DNA of 64,000 nt. It comes from a virus. The stretch spans positions 1,366 to 65,365 of IMG/VR virus record IMGVR_UViG_3300033555_000005. One strand, given 5' to 3'. The translations under genes were made by a program, and so were the position numbers. This document shows, piece after piece, positions 1 through 9,339 of the stretch. The notes below the pieces were generated by a model that saw nothing but the letters and a program-made list of their open reading frames with translations, did not search any database and was not told the origin of the DNA. Every line of letters begins with the position of its first letter. Within the stretch, counting starts at the first letter, position 1.

Positions 1-458
1 TCCTGCTCGACCTTGACGTTGGCCGTGACGGTCGCGCCCATCGCCTCGAGCTTCGCCGTCTCGATGGCGTCCATGACCAGCTTGGCCTCCGCGGCCGTGC
101 CGGCGAACGTCACCATGATCGACGTCGTCTGCACGTCGTCCAGGACGCACTTCTTGACGGCCAGCTTCTCGCCGAGGTCGAGGTCGAACAACTCGCTGAC
201 GTTGGCGCGCCGCACGATGCGCACGAAGCCGTCGACAGCCTCAGGCAGCTCGATGGACTGGTGCTGACCGTGCTCTCCGTGCGCAGTGCCGAACGCCTCG
301 ACGAGGGGCAGCAGGGTGTCACGCAGGCTCTCGTGGGTGGCCTTCGCGGCGACCTCGTCGTTCTTCGCGGTGCGGAACTTCGTGAAGCTCTCGATCACCA
401 GCTTCATGTTGAGCGTGGGCTTCTTGCTTGCTCCCCCGCGCCTGCTGACGACTGTCAT
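1..458 (-). CDS. hypothetical phage protein (partial, runs off left edge; MTVVSRRGGASKKPTLNMKLVIESF...)
   Basis: ATG at 458 preceded by AGGAG; frame open to window edge with strong G/C third positions; not in ORF track because it has no stop. Confidence 0.75.
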   Translation of the reverse strand, partial: MTVVSRRGGASKKPTLNMKLVIESFTKFRTAKNDEVAAKATHESLRDTLLPLVEAFGTAHGEHGQHQSIELPEAVDGFVRIVRRANVSELFDLDLGEKLAVKKCVLDDVQTTSIMVTFAGTAAEAKLVMDAIETAKLEAMGATVTANVKVEQ

Positions 459-676
459 TTTTGCTCCTGATCTATGTCCGAGTGCGTGCGGGTCGTTGCT
501 ACTCCGTCAGCGGTATGACCCTACCGTGACGAGTGGTTTGAAAGTGGGTAAGACTGCAGAGACCGGCGTGTCGCGCATGTCTGGTAGTGCGTCCCAACGG
601 TCGGAACACCGTGGACTGCCATGTCGCTGGCCCGCTGCATGTCCATGACGTCATCCTTCACCAGACCTCTGACAAA

Positions 677-724
677 ACGAGGTCCCGCCGCGCCAACCGT
701 GGTGGTTGACGGGCGGGACCTCGT
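677..724 (-). terminator. rho-independent terminator
   Basis: 13-bp perfect inverted repeat ACGAGGTCCCGCC/GGCGGGACCTCGT, T-run downstream on minus strand, 10 nt after stop of 734..2233. Confidence 0.8.
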
Positions 725-733
725 AGATGGGGG

Positions 734-2233
734 CTACTCCGCGCGGTAGCGCTCGAGCCATCCCTCGGGCTCCAGGCCGAGGTCGAGGACGACGGCGAGC
801 CAGCCCTCGGCCTCCATGAAGTCCGGCCACTCCCCGTCCTGCTCCTGCAGCACCGCGGCGATGAGCTTCTCGACGTTCTCCTCGGTCGGGTCGGCGAGGT
901 ACTGACGCGCCTCGCTGCGCTGGTCCTCAGCCTGAAGGCGTGCCAGGACCGGCTCCGCGCCGGCGAGCACGGGGTACGCCCGGACCTGTGCACCGAACTC
1001 GCACACCCGGATGAAGGCGGGGTGCAGGTTGTCAACGTCGACCGGCCGCGTGCCGTCGAGCTTCACTGGCACGACGATCTGGTCGATGTGCCCGACCGCC
1101 CAGTGCCCAGCGCCGAAGACGTACAACGCGCCGAGAGCACCGGGGTTGAAGTTGCGGGCCGGCAAGTGATCGTCGTCGAGGTCTTCAGGCAGCAGCTCGG
1201 GGAACTCGGCCGCGAGCGCGTTCCAGACGACCTCGAAGTTCGCGATGTCCTCGTTGCTGCTGTCGCGGTGCTTCGTCCAGGTGGGAGCGCTGGTGTTCCA
1301 CAGCGTGTCGTCGCTGCCGAAGTAGCCGAAGTCTTGGGGCTTCTCCAGCACTTCGACGGCGCTGCTGACGTACTGCTCGAGCTTGACGCGGTCAGTGCTG
1401 GCCACGCTCGGGACGCTGCTCTCGCCGAGTGCCTTCAGCAGGTACGCGCTGACGACCTTCTGCGTGTTCGACACGTAGTAGCTGATGTGGCTGGAGAACG
1501 ACACCTCCGGGTTGCTGTAGCCCTTCGCCCGGTAGGCGTTGATCACCAGCGTCGGGAAGATGTACCCCTCGCGCAGGTGAGCCCACAGGTGGTCGACGTC
1601 CTGGGCAACTGCGCCGTCTGGCGTGGTGACGATCCCGCGGCAGTAGAAGCAGTCGCCGGCGGTCGACAAGCTCCCGTCCTCGCGCAGCTTCGCAGCCCAC
1701 ACCGGCGCGACGGTGCCCAGCTTCGCGACGTAGACCTTGATGTCCTTGCGCAGCTTCGCTCGTGCTTCGCGCAGCTGCTGCTCGGTCTGGACGTCCGGGT
1801 AGGTGCCGGGAACCGGCAGGTAGACGCCCAGCAGCTCGCGCAGCTCGAAGCCGTCTGCGTACGGGTAGCTCTGGCGGTCGTCGCCGTTGTGTCGCACGAC
1901 GCGCCACTCGCCCTTGACGCTGAAGACGTACCAGCCGACCGGCAGCCAGTCGTTGATGCGGGTCTTCGTGACGGTGCTCTTCCAGCCGCCGGTGTTGAGG
2001 ACGATGCGGCCGTCCGCGACCCAAGTGACGACGTCAGTCTCGTGCAGCCGGATGGCGACGCCGCGGTCCGTCGGGTCGGCGGCCTCCCACTCCTGCACGG
2101 TGACGGGCACGAGTGCGCCGTCGGTGCTGCTCACTGCGCGAAGCTCGGCGTAAGTGTTGTTGTCGACCTTCTTGCTGGCGGCGCGCTTGCCGTTCTTGAA
2201 GGGCTTGCTGAAGACGGTGTCGAGGGTGCTCAT
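734..2233 (-). CDS. multi-domain early hypothetical protein (499 aa, MSTLDTVF...)
   Basis: long ORF, GAAAGG RBS before ATG 2233, own promoter upstream; no recognisable catalytic motif. Confidence 0.8.
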   Translation of the reverse strand: MSTLDTVFSKPFKNGKRAASKKVDNNTYAELRAVSSTDGALVPVTVQEWEAADPTDRGVAIRLHETDVVTWVADGRIVLNTGGWKSTVTKTRINDWLPVGWYVFSVKGEWRVVRHNGDDRQSYPYADGFELRELLGVYLPVPGTYPDVQTEQQLREARAKLRKDIKVYVAKLGTVAPVWAAKLREDGSLSTAGDCFYCRGIVTTPDGAVAQDVDHLWAHLREGYIFPTLVINAYRAKGYSNPEVSFSSHISYYVSNTQKVVSAYLLKALGESSVPSVASTDRVKLEQYVSSAVEVLEKPQDFGYFGSDDTLWNTSAPTWTKHRDSSNEDIANFEVVWNALAAEFPELLPEDLDDDHLPARNFNPGALGALYVFGAGHWAVGHIDQIVVPVKLDGTRPVDVDNLHPAFIRVCEFGAQVRAYPVLAGAEPVLARLQAEDQRSEARQYLADPTEENVEKLIAAVLQEQDGEWPDFMEAEGWLAVVLDLGLEPEGWLERYRAE

Positions 2234-2276
2234 GGTGGTGGGCCTTTCGGCGTCGTAGTGGCTCAAGCGGACCAGC

Positions 2277-2333
2277 GGAACGTAGCAGCTATTCGTTACA
2301 GGTGCAAGACAACCGTACAGATGTGTTACGCTC
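2277..2333. promoter_or_regulatory. overlapping divergent promoters, copy 1 of a 40-bp repeat
   Basis: minus: TTGCAC-N17-TACGTT with TGn extension; plus: TGT-TACGCT; 2294-2333 is 36/40 identical to 3308-3347. Confidence 0.75.
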
Positions 2334-2385
2334 CGCGGGTCGAAGTCGCACGGGGCGTCTAGCCCCCGATCACCTGGAGCACCAC

Positions 2386-3258
2386 ATGCCTCTCGAGACC
2401 ATCACCGGCACCCCCGACCACACCTACGGCATCGGGCGCTGCGGCACCGTCGCCGGCGGTCACGGCGTCACCTGGAAGCACAAGACGGGCGCGAGCCTGG
2501 CGAACGTCCGCTGCCCGCAGCACGGCTACGCGCTCTCGCAGACCACGCGGAACTGGAAGGGCGGCTACGAGTGGACCGTCATCCCGCCGGCGCAGATCGC
2601 GGAGATCGCCAAGGCCGCCAACGACGCGAAGCGCGACGACCGCATCGCGAAGAAGGCGGCCGGCGACTACACCGCGCTGCGTGACCTGAAGCCCGGTCAG
2701 CTCTACGTCGTGAGGGGACAGAGCAAGACCGTCATCAGCGGCAAGGTCATCGAAGTCGAGAAAGTCGGCAGCAAGACGCGCGTCACCGTCAGCCGTACCT
2801 ACTCCGATGTCGTGACCGGCAACGGCTGGTACCTGCAGCACCGGATCGGCGACGAGTACGTGCGTCGTGCCGAGTCGCTGACGCACACGTTCGAGTCTCC
2901 GAGCAGCACGCTGGTCATCACAGGAGAGAAGCTCACGCAGACCTGGAGCTACAAGACGTGGACCGTGGGCATCGAGGCGCGCCACGGTCGTGAGGCTGAG
3001 CCGTTCGCCGGCTGGGCCGTCGAGCAGCCGCAGTGCGTCGTCGAGCTGTGGGCGTCGACCGTGCGCCGGCTGCGGGAACAGCTCTCTAGCTCCACCGGAG
3101 TCAGCGTGGTCCGCTACTCCCGAGAGACGGACGAGAACTACAAGGTGCGGTTGTCTGAAACCCGCAAGCGCGAAGCAACTCGTCGTAGCTCCATCGAGAC
3201 CCAGCTCGAGAAGGCCGAGGAGCGTCTGCTCGTGCACACGGGAAGCGTCAGCGCCTAG
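2386..3258 (+). CDS. early hypothetical protein (290 aa, MPLETITG...)
   Basis: CACCTGGAGCACC leader/RBS before ATG 2386; followed by hairpin. Confidence 0.75.
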   Translation: MPLETITGTPDHTYGIGRCGTVAGGHGVTWKHKTGASLANVRCPQHGYALSQTTRNWKGGYEWTVIPPAQIAEIAKAANDAKRDDRIAKKAAGDYTALRDLKPGQLYVVRGQSKTVISGKVIEVEKVGSKTRVTVSRTYSDVVTGNGWYLQHRIGDEYVRRAESLTHTFESPSSTLVITGEKLTQTWSYKTWTVGIEARHGREAEPFAGWAVEQPQCVVELWASTVRRLREQLSSSTGVSVVRYSRETDENYKVRLSETRKREATRRSSIETQLEKAEERLLVHTGSVSA

Positions 3259-3272
3259 CTCTCGCACCGCCA

Positions 3273-3303
3273 CTGCCCGTCCCGCACACCGCGGGGCGGG
3301 CAG
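3273..3303 (+). terminator. stem-loop terminator candidate
   Basis: CTGCCCG-CCCGC...GCGGG-CGGGCAG inverted repeat 14 nt after stop 3258. Confidence 0.6.
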
Positions 3304-3307
3304 TCGG

Positions 3308-3347
3308 CGTTACAAGTGCAAGACAGTCGTACAGACGTGTTACGCTC
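3308..3347 (+). promoter_or_regulatory. promoter, copy 2 of 40-bp repeat
   Basis: CGTTACAAGTGCAAGACAGTCGTACAGACGTGTTACGCTC; extended -10 TGT-TACGCT upstream of 3392 gene. Confidence 0.75.
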
Positions 3348-3391
3348 TCTGAGCGCGGTCACCTGGCACCGCCTCACACCTGGAGCACCTC

Positions 3392-4651
3392 ATGCAGAGC
3401 AACGTCGAGACCACCAGCCCCGCCCTCGCCATCGTCGAGTTCGACGTCAGCCACCTGAGCGAGGCGCTCGCCAAGGTCGAGCAGTTCAACCGACGCGCCG
3501 CGAAGGCCGGCGTCACCCAGCAGTTCGAGGTCGTGCACAGCATCTCCTTCGTCCCGGCCAGCCGCGCCGAGGTCGAGCTGTTCGGCCTGCCGGACGCGGG
3601 CCACTCGGTCGTCACCTTCGTCGTGCTCGGCCAGCCCCTGGTCGTCGAGGGCTGGACCTTCGTCGCGACGCTCTCCTTCGACAAGGAGGCCGGCGTCGTC
3701 ACCCGCCCGGTGCCCGGCGCGCCGGTCGTCGACCTCACCGTCTACCGCTCGCTCACCTCCCCGATCTGCGACTCCTGCGGCACCCGCCGCCAGCGCAAGG
3801 ACGTGTACGTGCTGCTGTCCGAGGACGGCGAGCTGAAGGTCGTCGGAAGCAACTGCCTGGCGGTCTTCCTCGGCCTGGACGTCTCCGCGGCGCTGCGGTA
3901 CGTCGGGGACGCCGGCACCGAGCGCCTCGAGCAGTCCTTCAGCTTCGGCGGCGAGGACTGGCGCTTCCCGGCCACCACGGTGCTCGCTGTCGCCAGCGCG
4001 GCCGTCGCGGCCTTCGGCTGGGTCGCGAAGAGCGCCTACTCAGGCACCCCGACCGCTGCTCGCGTCTGCGACGTGCTCTACCCGCTGCCGACCAGCAAGT
4101 ACCCCCGTGAGGCTGCTCTGCGGACCCGCGCCGGGGTCGCGGAGAAGCTCGAGGCGAACGGTGGCGCGAACCGGGCCGTCGAGCGCGCCGAGGAGGTGCT
4201 GGCCTGGGTCCGCAACGGTGAGGTCGGCAGCAGCGAGTACGCGGTCAACCTGCAGGCCGTCCTCGGTGTGGACACCGTGGGTGAGCGCAACCTGGGTCTC
4301 GCGGTCTCCGCGGTCAGCTCCTGGGCCAAAGCGCAGGACCGGGTGATCGAGCGCCAGGAGCGCGCGCAGCGGGCCGCCAGCAGCGACTGGGTCGGCACCG
4401 TCGGCCAGCGCCTTGAGGGACTCGCGCTCGAGCTGGTGCAGCAGCCCCGCTTCATCGAGTCCGACTGGGGGGTCAGCACGCTGCTCGTCTTCGCCGACGA
4501 GGCCGGCAGCGTCTTCAAGTGGTTCGCCAGCGGCAGCCACGACTACGCGGTCGGCACCCACTTCACCGGCAAGGCGACCGTGAAGAAGCACGAGGAGTAC
4601 AACGGCGCGAAGAGCACCGTCGTCACCCGCGCGAAGCTGGAGACCGTCTGA
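3392..4651 (+). CDS. hypothetical protein with CxxC and probable C-terminal OB-fold
   Basis: 419 aa; CDSCG...C motif; C-terminus WVGTVGQR...FKWFAS...KATVKKHEEYNGAKSTVVTR resembles phage OB-fold domains. Confidence 0.65.
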   Translation: MQSNVETTSPALAIVEFDVSHLSEALAKVEQFNRRAAKAGVTQQFEVVHSISFVPASRAEVELFGLPDAGHSVVTFVVLGQPLVVEGWTFVATLSFDKEAGVVTRPVPGAPVVDLTVYRSLTSPICDSCGTRRQRKDVYVLLSEDGELKVVGSNCLAVFLGLDVSAALRYVGDAGTERLEQSFSFGGEDWRFPATTVLAVASAAVAAFGWVAKSAYSGTPTAARVCDVLYPLPTSKYPREAALRTRAGVAEKLEANGGANRAVERAEEVLAWVRNGEVGSSEYAVNLQAVLGVDTVGERNLGLAVSAVSSWAKAQDRVIERQERAQRAASSDWVGTVGQRLEGLALELVQQPRFIESDWGVSTLLVFADEAGSVFKWFASGSHDYAVGTHFTGKATVKKHEEYNGAKSTVVTRAKLETV

Positions 4652-4800
4652 TGTCCAAGTTCCTCGAGGGCCAGCCCCTTACCCCGCAGGAGCGGCAGAC
4701 GCTGATCGCCATCATGCACAAGTCGTACGAGACGGCGACGACGCAGGAGCGCAAGAACGAGGTCACGCGCATCGCCCACAAGCTGGGGCTGGCCCGCTAG
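4651..4800 (+). CDS. small hypothetical protein (49 aa, MSKFLEGQPL...)
   Basis: TGATG coupling to upstream gene; stop shares CTAG with convergent helicase stop. Confidence 0.65.
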   Translation: MSKFLEGQPLTPQERQTLIAIMHKSYETATTQERKNEVTRIAHKLGLAR

Positions 4801-6509
4801 ACGCTGTGCGTCGCCAGGAACATGCCGAGGGTGCCGGCGTTCATGACGATGCCGCCCTTGACCGTTCCGCGACCGGTGCGCATGGCGTTCGCGACGCGCT
4901 GCTTCTGCTCGGTCAGCTCGGCGTAGTACTCCTCGAGGCTGCCCTCGATGACGTAGTTGCGGACGTGCACCGCGTCGTGGAACTCCAGGTTCGCCCGGCG
5001 CACGCGGGCGTTGCGCTGCGTCACGCGCCCGGCGGTGAACGGGATGTCCAGGTTGAACAGGTGGTTTGCCTCGGGCAGGTCGACGCCGTAGCCGCCGGCG
5101 TCGCTGGTCAGGAACAGGCGCACTCCCGGCTCGGTCTTGAAGCGGTGCTTGTTGGCGTTGCGCTTCTTCAGCGACATGTCTCCGTCGTAGCGCACCGCGA
5201 CGTTGCCGAAGCGCTGCTCGAGGATGCGCAGCGCGAGCTTGTGGTAGCTGAACACCACGACCTTGTTGGTGCGGTTCGCGCCGTCGAGCGTCTGGCAGCA
5301 CTTGCAGACGCCGGCCAGCACGTCGTCGATGTCGAGCTGCACCTCGTCCATCTTCGGCGTCTCGTCCAGGCCGTCGAGCACTCCGTTGACGTACAGCTCA
5401 GCCGCGTAGGCGCTGCCGTCGAGAGGCTTCGGCACCCGCTTCTTCTTGCCGCGGATCGTCTTCGTGATCATCGGCCAGTTGTCGGGGTCGGCGTCGTGCA
5501 CAGCGAGCTGCTCGAGGTACCGCTGCGCGCTGCCGATGATCTGGTCGGGGTGCGCGCACAGCATCCGCATGCAGCTGATCTTTGACATGATCTTGCCCTG
5601 CGCCTCGGCGTCAGCGCTGTCGCCGGCGTACATCGCCATGAGGTCGAAGCCGTTGCGGCTCTTCTTGGACAGCTCGGCCAGCTCGAACTCGAGGTCGCGG
5701 CTCATGCGCTGGTAGACCTTCGCGCTCTCAGCGTCGAACTCGACACGCACCCGCGTCGGTCGGCTCATCGTCGGCATGTACTCGCGCACGCCGGGGTCGT
5801 CGGCGTCGAGGCTCACCGAGACGTCGGACAGCATCTCGTTGAACAGCGGCAGGTTGATGTACTCCTCGACCTTGCCGTACTTGTTGCGCCGGCAGAACGT
5901 CTTGTCGAACAGGTCGGCGCGGCCGAAGACGCTGTCGTCGATCCAGGCCAGGAGCTGGAAGACCTCGTCGCAGCGACCGTTCTCAGCCGGCGTGCCGGTC
6001 AGGCCGAACCGGAACGGAGACTCGCCGAAGGTCTCGCGGATGGCCTGCGTGATGCCGGCGGCCGGGTTCTTGATGACCGTCACCTCGTCGACGACGCAGT
6101 ACATCTGGTTGAGCTTGATGACCTCGCTGTGGTCGTCGACCACTTGGTCGTAGCCCAGCACGACGTACCGCGGGTGCTCGCGCTGAGCCCGCTGGTACAG
6201 CTCCATGCGCTTCACCGGGGGGCCGTCGATGACGATGCACGGTGCGCCGCCGATCCACCGTCCCTTCTCGTCCTTCGTGCCGCCGGTGAACTGGCTGATG
6301 GCCTGGGCGGTCTGGTCCTTCAGGCCGCCGCCGGTGACCCAGACGCCCGCGAAGTCGTCGCCGAACTCCTCATGCAACTCCTCGACGGCGGCGATTGTCA
6401 TCGGGGTCTTGCCGGTTCCCACGCCGGCGCTGACCAGGAACAACCCGCGGTCGACCATCCGCTCGACGACGGGACGCTGGTAGGGACGTAGAACCCCCGT
6501 GAAGCTCAT
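4797..6509 (-). CDS. SNF2/DEAD-like superfamily 2 helicase
   Basis: LRPYQ Q-motif, GVGTGKT, VVDEVT, LTGTP, SDAGGYGVDL, QRNARVRR; ATGA overlap with HNH stop. Confidence 0.92.
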   Translation of the reverse strand: MSFTGVLRPYQRPVVERMVDRGLFLVSAGVGTGKTPMTIAAVEELHEEFGDDFAGVWVTGGGLKDQTAQAISQFTGGTKDEKGRWIGGAPCIVIDGPPVKRMELYQRAQREHPRYVVLGYDQVVDDHSEVIKLNQMYCVVDEVTVIKNPAAGITQAIRETFGESPFRFGLTGTPAENGRCDEVFQLLAWIDDSVFGRADLFDKTFCRRNKYGKVEEYINLPLFNEMLSDVSVSLDADDPGVREYMPTMSRPTRVRVEFDAESAKVYQRMSRDLEFELAELSKKSRNGFDLMAMYAGDSADAEAQGKIMSKISCMRMLCAHPDQIIGSAQRYLEQLAVHDADPDNWPMITKTIRGKKKRVPKPLDGSAYAAELYVNGVLDGLDETPKMDEVQLDIDDVLAGVCKCCQTLDGANRTNKVVVFSYHKLALRILEQRFGNVAVRYDGDMSLKKRNANKHRFKTEPGVRLFLTSDAGGYGVDLPEANHLFNLDIPFTAGRVTQRNARVRRANLEFHDAVHVRNYVIEGSLEEYYAELTEQKQRVANAMRTGRGTVKGGIVMNAGTLGMFLATHSV

Positions 6510-7042
6510 GCTCGACGCTCCTCGTACTGGCGCTGCCGCTCCCGGTGGCAAGCACGACAGCGGCGGTAACCCTGGATGATGGACGTGTTCTCGGGAGTCC
6601 AGGGGTGCCCGGCCTTCCTGCACCCTCCTCGCGTTGCTGCTGCCCGAGACGCGTTCTCGATGAGGTCGCGCTCGACGACGTGGGTCGGGTTGCAGCAGCG
6701 CCGGTGCGGACAGTCGACGCCAAGCGTGCACGCCGGGTCCGCGTTGTGACACTCGTGGTCGAGGCTCTCCGCGTCGACCACCTTGCCGGTCAGCAACTCG
6801 AAGACGACGTGGTGTGCCGGGCGAGCCGGCTTTCCGAAGCGCCCGTAGCCGTACACGTTGACGTGCCCGAGCCACGGCCAGCAGGCATCACCCCCTCCGC
6901 TTCGGTCGACCAGCTCGAGGATGACCTGTTCGCGGGTCAGCCCCTCGGCCACGCCGGTTCGGTGCCACCTCATGTAGTGCGGTCGGCACAGCTCCTTGGC
7001 GTGCACCCGCTCTCCGCACACCCTGCACTCGCCGGTGAACAC
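6506..7042 (-). CDS. HNH homing endonuclease (free-standing)
   Basis: CWPWLG..NVYGYG, AHHVVFE, LDHECHN...CCNPTH, C-terminal GHPW...CRAC; GTG start after AGGAG. Confidence 0.9.
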   Translation of the reverse strand: MFTGECRVCGERVHAKELCRPHYMRWHRTGVAEGLTREQVILELVDRSGGGDACWPWLGHVNVYGYGRFGKPARPAHHVVFELLTGKVVDAESLDHECHNADPACTLGVDCPHRRCCNPTHVVERDLIENASRAAATRGGCRKAGHPWTPENTSIIQGYRRCRACHRERQRQYEERRA

Positions 7043-8042
7043 GCTGCTCTCGCTCCTGCTCTTCAGTGCCGAGTACCGCCACGAGGTGGTGCTGGGCCTC
7101 ATACAGCCCGAACTCGATGTCAGCTTGTTCCATGCCTCCAAGGTCCTTCTCCGACGTCCTGACGTAGTTGAAGTACGACAGGTGCATGGATCGGGTGACG
7201 GGTGGCACCACCATCTTGCCTCGCTCCCACCTACCGCTGCGCAGCTCGGCCGCCGCAAGCCGCCCAGGAGCGTCGTTGTCGTGGGCGTCGACCAGTTCGT
7301 CCGTGACGGCCATCAACAGCGCGCGCTGGGTCTTGCTGACGTCAGCCCCGTAGGTGGACAGCCCGCCCTCGTAGCCGGCGCTGTGCAGCCGTACGACGTC
7401 GAGAGGGGACTCGATCAGCACCGCGGGCTCGCCGACGGGGAAGACGTCGTAGCCGAACAGGCACAGGCTCTTGAGCATGTCCTTCGGGCGGTTCATGAAG
7501 CGGCGCTTGTTCTGCCACTTCTCCTGCCACCCGGCCAGCTCGCCCTCGGGGGTGCGCACCGGGACGATCCAGCTCTCGTTCTTCTCGCTCCAGCGCACGC
7601 CGTAGTGCTCAACGCTCTCCCGCGTCAGGTGCCTGGCCTCGAGCGCCCAGTCCGGCACGTCGGCGTACATCGCCAGCCTGGTTTCGGGGACCAGGACGAC
7701 TTCGTCGACGACCTCACGGGTGCGCTCGGCGTAGCTGACAACGTCGGCGGCCCGCGCGAGGTTGACGCCGAACTGCCGCATCCACCGCGCCGCGCGGAAG
7801 ACGTCGTTCGGGAACTGCAGCTCCATGACGAGGTCGAGGAACGTGCCCTTGAAGCCGCACGAGTAGCAGTTGTGCAGGCCGGTCAGGCGGTTCACCGACC
7901 AGCTCGGGTGCCGCTCCTCGCGCCCGAGACGCTTCATGTGGCCAGGGCAGTACCCCTGGACCTCGTCGTCGTTGCTGCGGGTGAACTGGACGCCCAGCTC
8001 GGCGAGCGCCCCTTCAAGGTCGGCCGGCGCGTCATGCCGCAC
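6888..8042 (-). CDS. dnaG: DNA primase (zinc-binding domain + TOPRIM)
   Basis: CPGH...HNCYSCG zinc finger, LIESPLDVV and DAHDNDAPG TOPRIM motifs; last 155 nt overlap the HNH gene. Confidence 0.88.
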   Translation of the reverse strand: MRHDAPADLEGALAELGVQFTRSNDDEVQGYCPGHMKRLGREERHPSWSVNRLTGLHNCYSCGFKGTFLDLVMELQFPNDVFRAARWMRQFGVNLARAADVVSYAERTREVVDEVVLVPETRLAMYADVPDWALEARHLTRESVEHYGVRWSEKNESWIVPVRTPEGELAGWQEKWQNKRRFMNRPKDMLKSLCLFGYDVFPVGEPAVLIESPLDVVRLHSAGYEGGLSTYGADVSKTQRALLMAVTDELVDAHDNDAPGRLAAAELRSGRWERGKMVVPPVTRSMHLSYFNYVRTSEKDLGGMEQADIEFGLYEAQHHLVAVLGTEEQEREQRVHRRVQGVRRAGARQGAVPTALHEVAPNRRGRGADPRTGHPRAGRPKRRG

Positions 8043-9339
8043 GGCGCAGCTCCCCGTCGTCTTCCTCGTCCGGGTCCTCGACGTTGGCGTAGTCCAGGGC
8101 GTACTCGCTGAAGGTGCTGGTGCTCCAGTCGAAGTCGATCTGCACCTCGACGAGGGGTCCGCTGCGCGACAGCAGCACCTTCAGCCAGACCTCGGTGTCA
8201 CCGTCCTCCTCGCGCGGCTCGATGGCGATGACGGTGTCGGAGTCCTGCCCGAAGCTCGAGCTGTAGCCGATGCTGCTGGCCTTGATGCTCTGCCCGCGCA
8301 TCTTGCTGTAGAGCGTCTGCGTCGAGATGACGACCGGGATGCCGAACAGCTGCGCGACGCGCTTGAGCGACCGCGTGATGTTCGTGATGGCGGCGGCGCT
8401 GCCCTTCGGCTCGCCGTTCTCGTCGTCCATCAGGTAGACGCCGTCGATGAACAGCACCTTGGGCTTGTGCTGCTGCACCTTCGCGATGATGCCCGACACC
8501 GTCGTGGTTGAGCTGACGTCCTCGCTCAGGATGAACGGGGCCGCGCCCTTCTGCAGCTTCGTCAGCGTCCGGTCGAGCCGCTTCACGTCGGTCTCGTTCA
8601 TCTTGCCCTTGAGCAGGCGGCGGTAGTTCGTGCCGGCGCGCAGCCCGACCCACCGGGCCTGCTGCTCGGCGTGGCTCATCTCGAAGCTGATCAGCAGCAC
8701 CTCGACGCCGAGCGAGTCCTTCTCCTCGATGAGCTGGTTGATGTAGTCGGCGACGGCCAGCATGACGGTGCTCTTGCCGGCCTTCGGCGGCCCTACGAAG
8801 GTCACGAGCTGACCGGGCTGCAGTCCCATCGTCGCGAGGTCCAGCGTCGGCCAGCCGGTGCCGTAGCCGCGGAGCTTGCCGGGGTTCTCGCGGAGCATCT
8901 CGAAGTACTCGTACGCCCGCTCGAACGCCGCGGGGTCGGTGAGGTTGTGGTCCTTCAGCGGCGACAGGACCGTGTTGACGTCGGCCAGTGCGGCCTGCAG
9001 CACCTGCACCGCCGCGGCGGTCTGACGGTTCTCGAGGAGCTGTGCGGCCTCCTGCACGGCCTGCCCGGTGACGTCGTACTTGTAGGCGTCGCGGGCCTTG
9101 TCGACGTAGTACGCCAGCGGCTCGAGGGTCTCGCTGAGCTTCCAGGTCGGCTTCTCGGCGCGGAGGGCCTTCACGGTCGGCGCGGTGCCGTAGAGACGCC
9201 AGTGCTCCTGCATCCACGTCAGCACCTGTCGGTGCTCCTCGTCGACGAAGAAGTCCAGGCCGATCTTCGCCTCAGCGAGGTCGGCCATCGCGCCCTCGCG
9301 CAGCACCTTGCTCAGCAGGTCGCGCTCGACGTCGGCCAT
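8032..9339 (-). CDS. dnaB: replicative DNA helicase, DnaB family
   Basis: GLQPGQLVTFVGPPKAGKS Walker A, SFEMS, LFIDGVYLM, SLKRVAQ, IGYSSSFGQDSD. Confidence 0.93.
   Translation of the reverse strand: MADVERDLLSKVLREGAMADLAEAKIGLDFFVDEEHRQVLTWMQEHWRLYGTAPTVKALRAEKPTWKLSETLEPLAYYVDKARDAYKYDVTGQAVQEAAQLLENRQTAAAVQVLQAALADVNTVLSPLKDHNLTDPAAFERAYEYFEMLRENPGKLRGYGTGWPTLDLATMGLQPGQLVTFVGPPKAGKSTVMLAVADYINQLIEEKDSLGVEVLLISFEMSHAEQQARWVGLRAGTNYRRLLKGKMNETDVKRLDRTLTKLQKGAAPFILSEDVSSTTTVSGIIAKVQQHKPKVLFIDGVYLMDDENGEPKGSAAAITNITRSLKRVAQLFGIPVVISTQTLYSKMRGQSIKASSIGYSSSFGQDSDTVIAIEPREEDGDTEVWLKVLLSRSGPLVEVQIDFDWSTSTFSEYALDYANVEDPDEEDDGELRRAA

Noticed and set aside
2277-3347. CRISPR or mini-array from the 40-bp repeat
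   Set aside because: Only two copies about 1 kb apart, each directly upstream of a gene; fits promoters
5270-5320. Cys-rich insert CKCCQ in the helicase as mobile element remnant
   Set aside because: Short in-frame loop without splicing motifs; likely ordinary variation
6506-7042. Group I intron or intein housing the HNH
   Set aside because: HNH lies between genes rather than splitting one; no intron core or intein C/HN motifs seen
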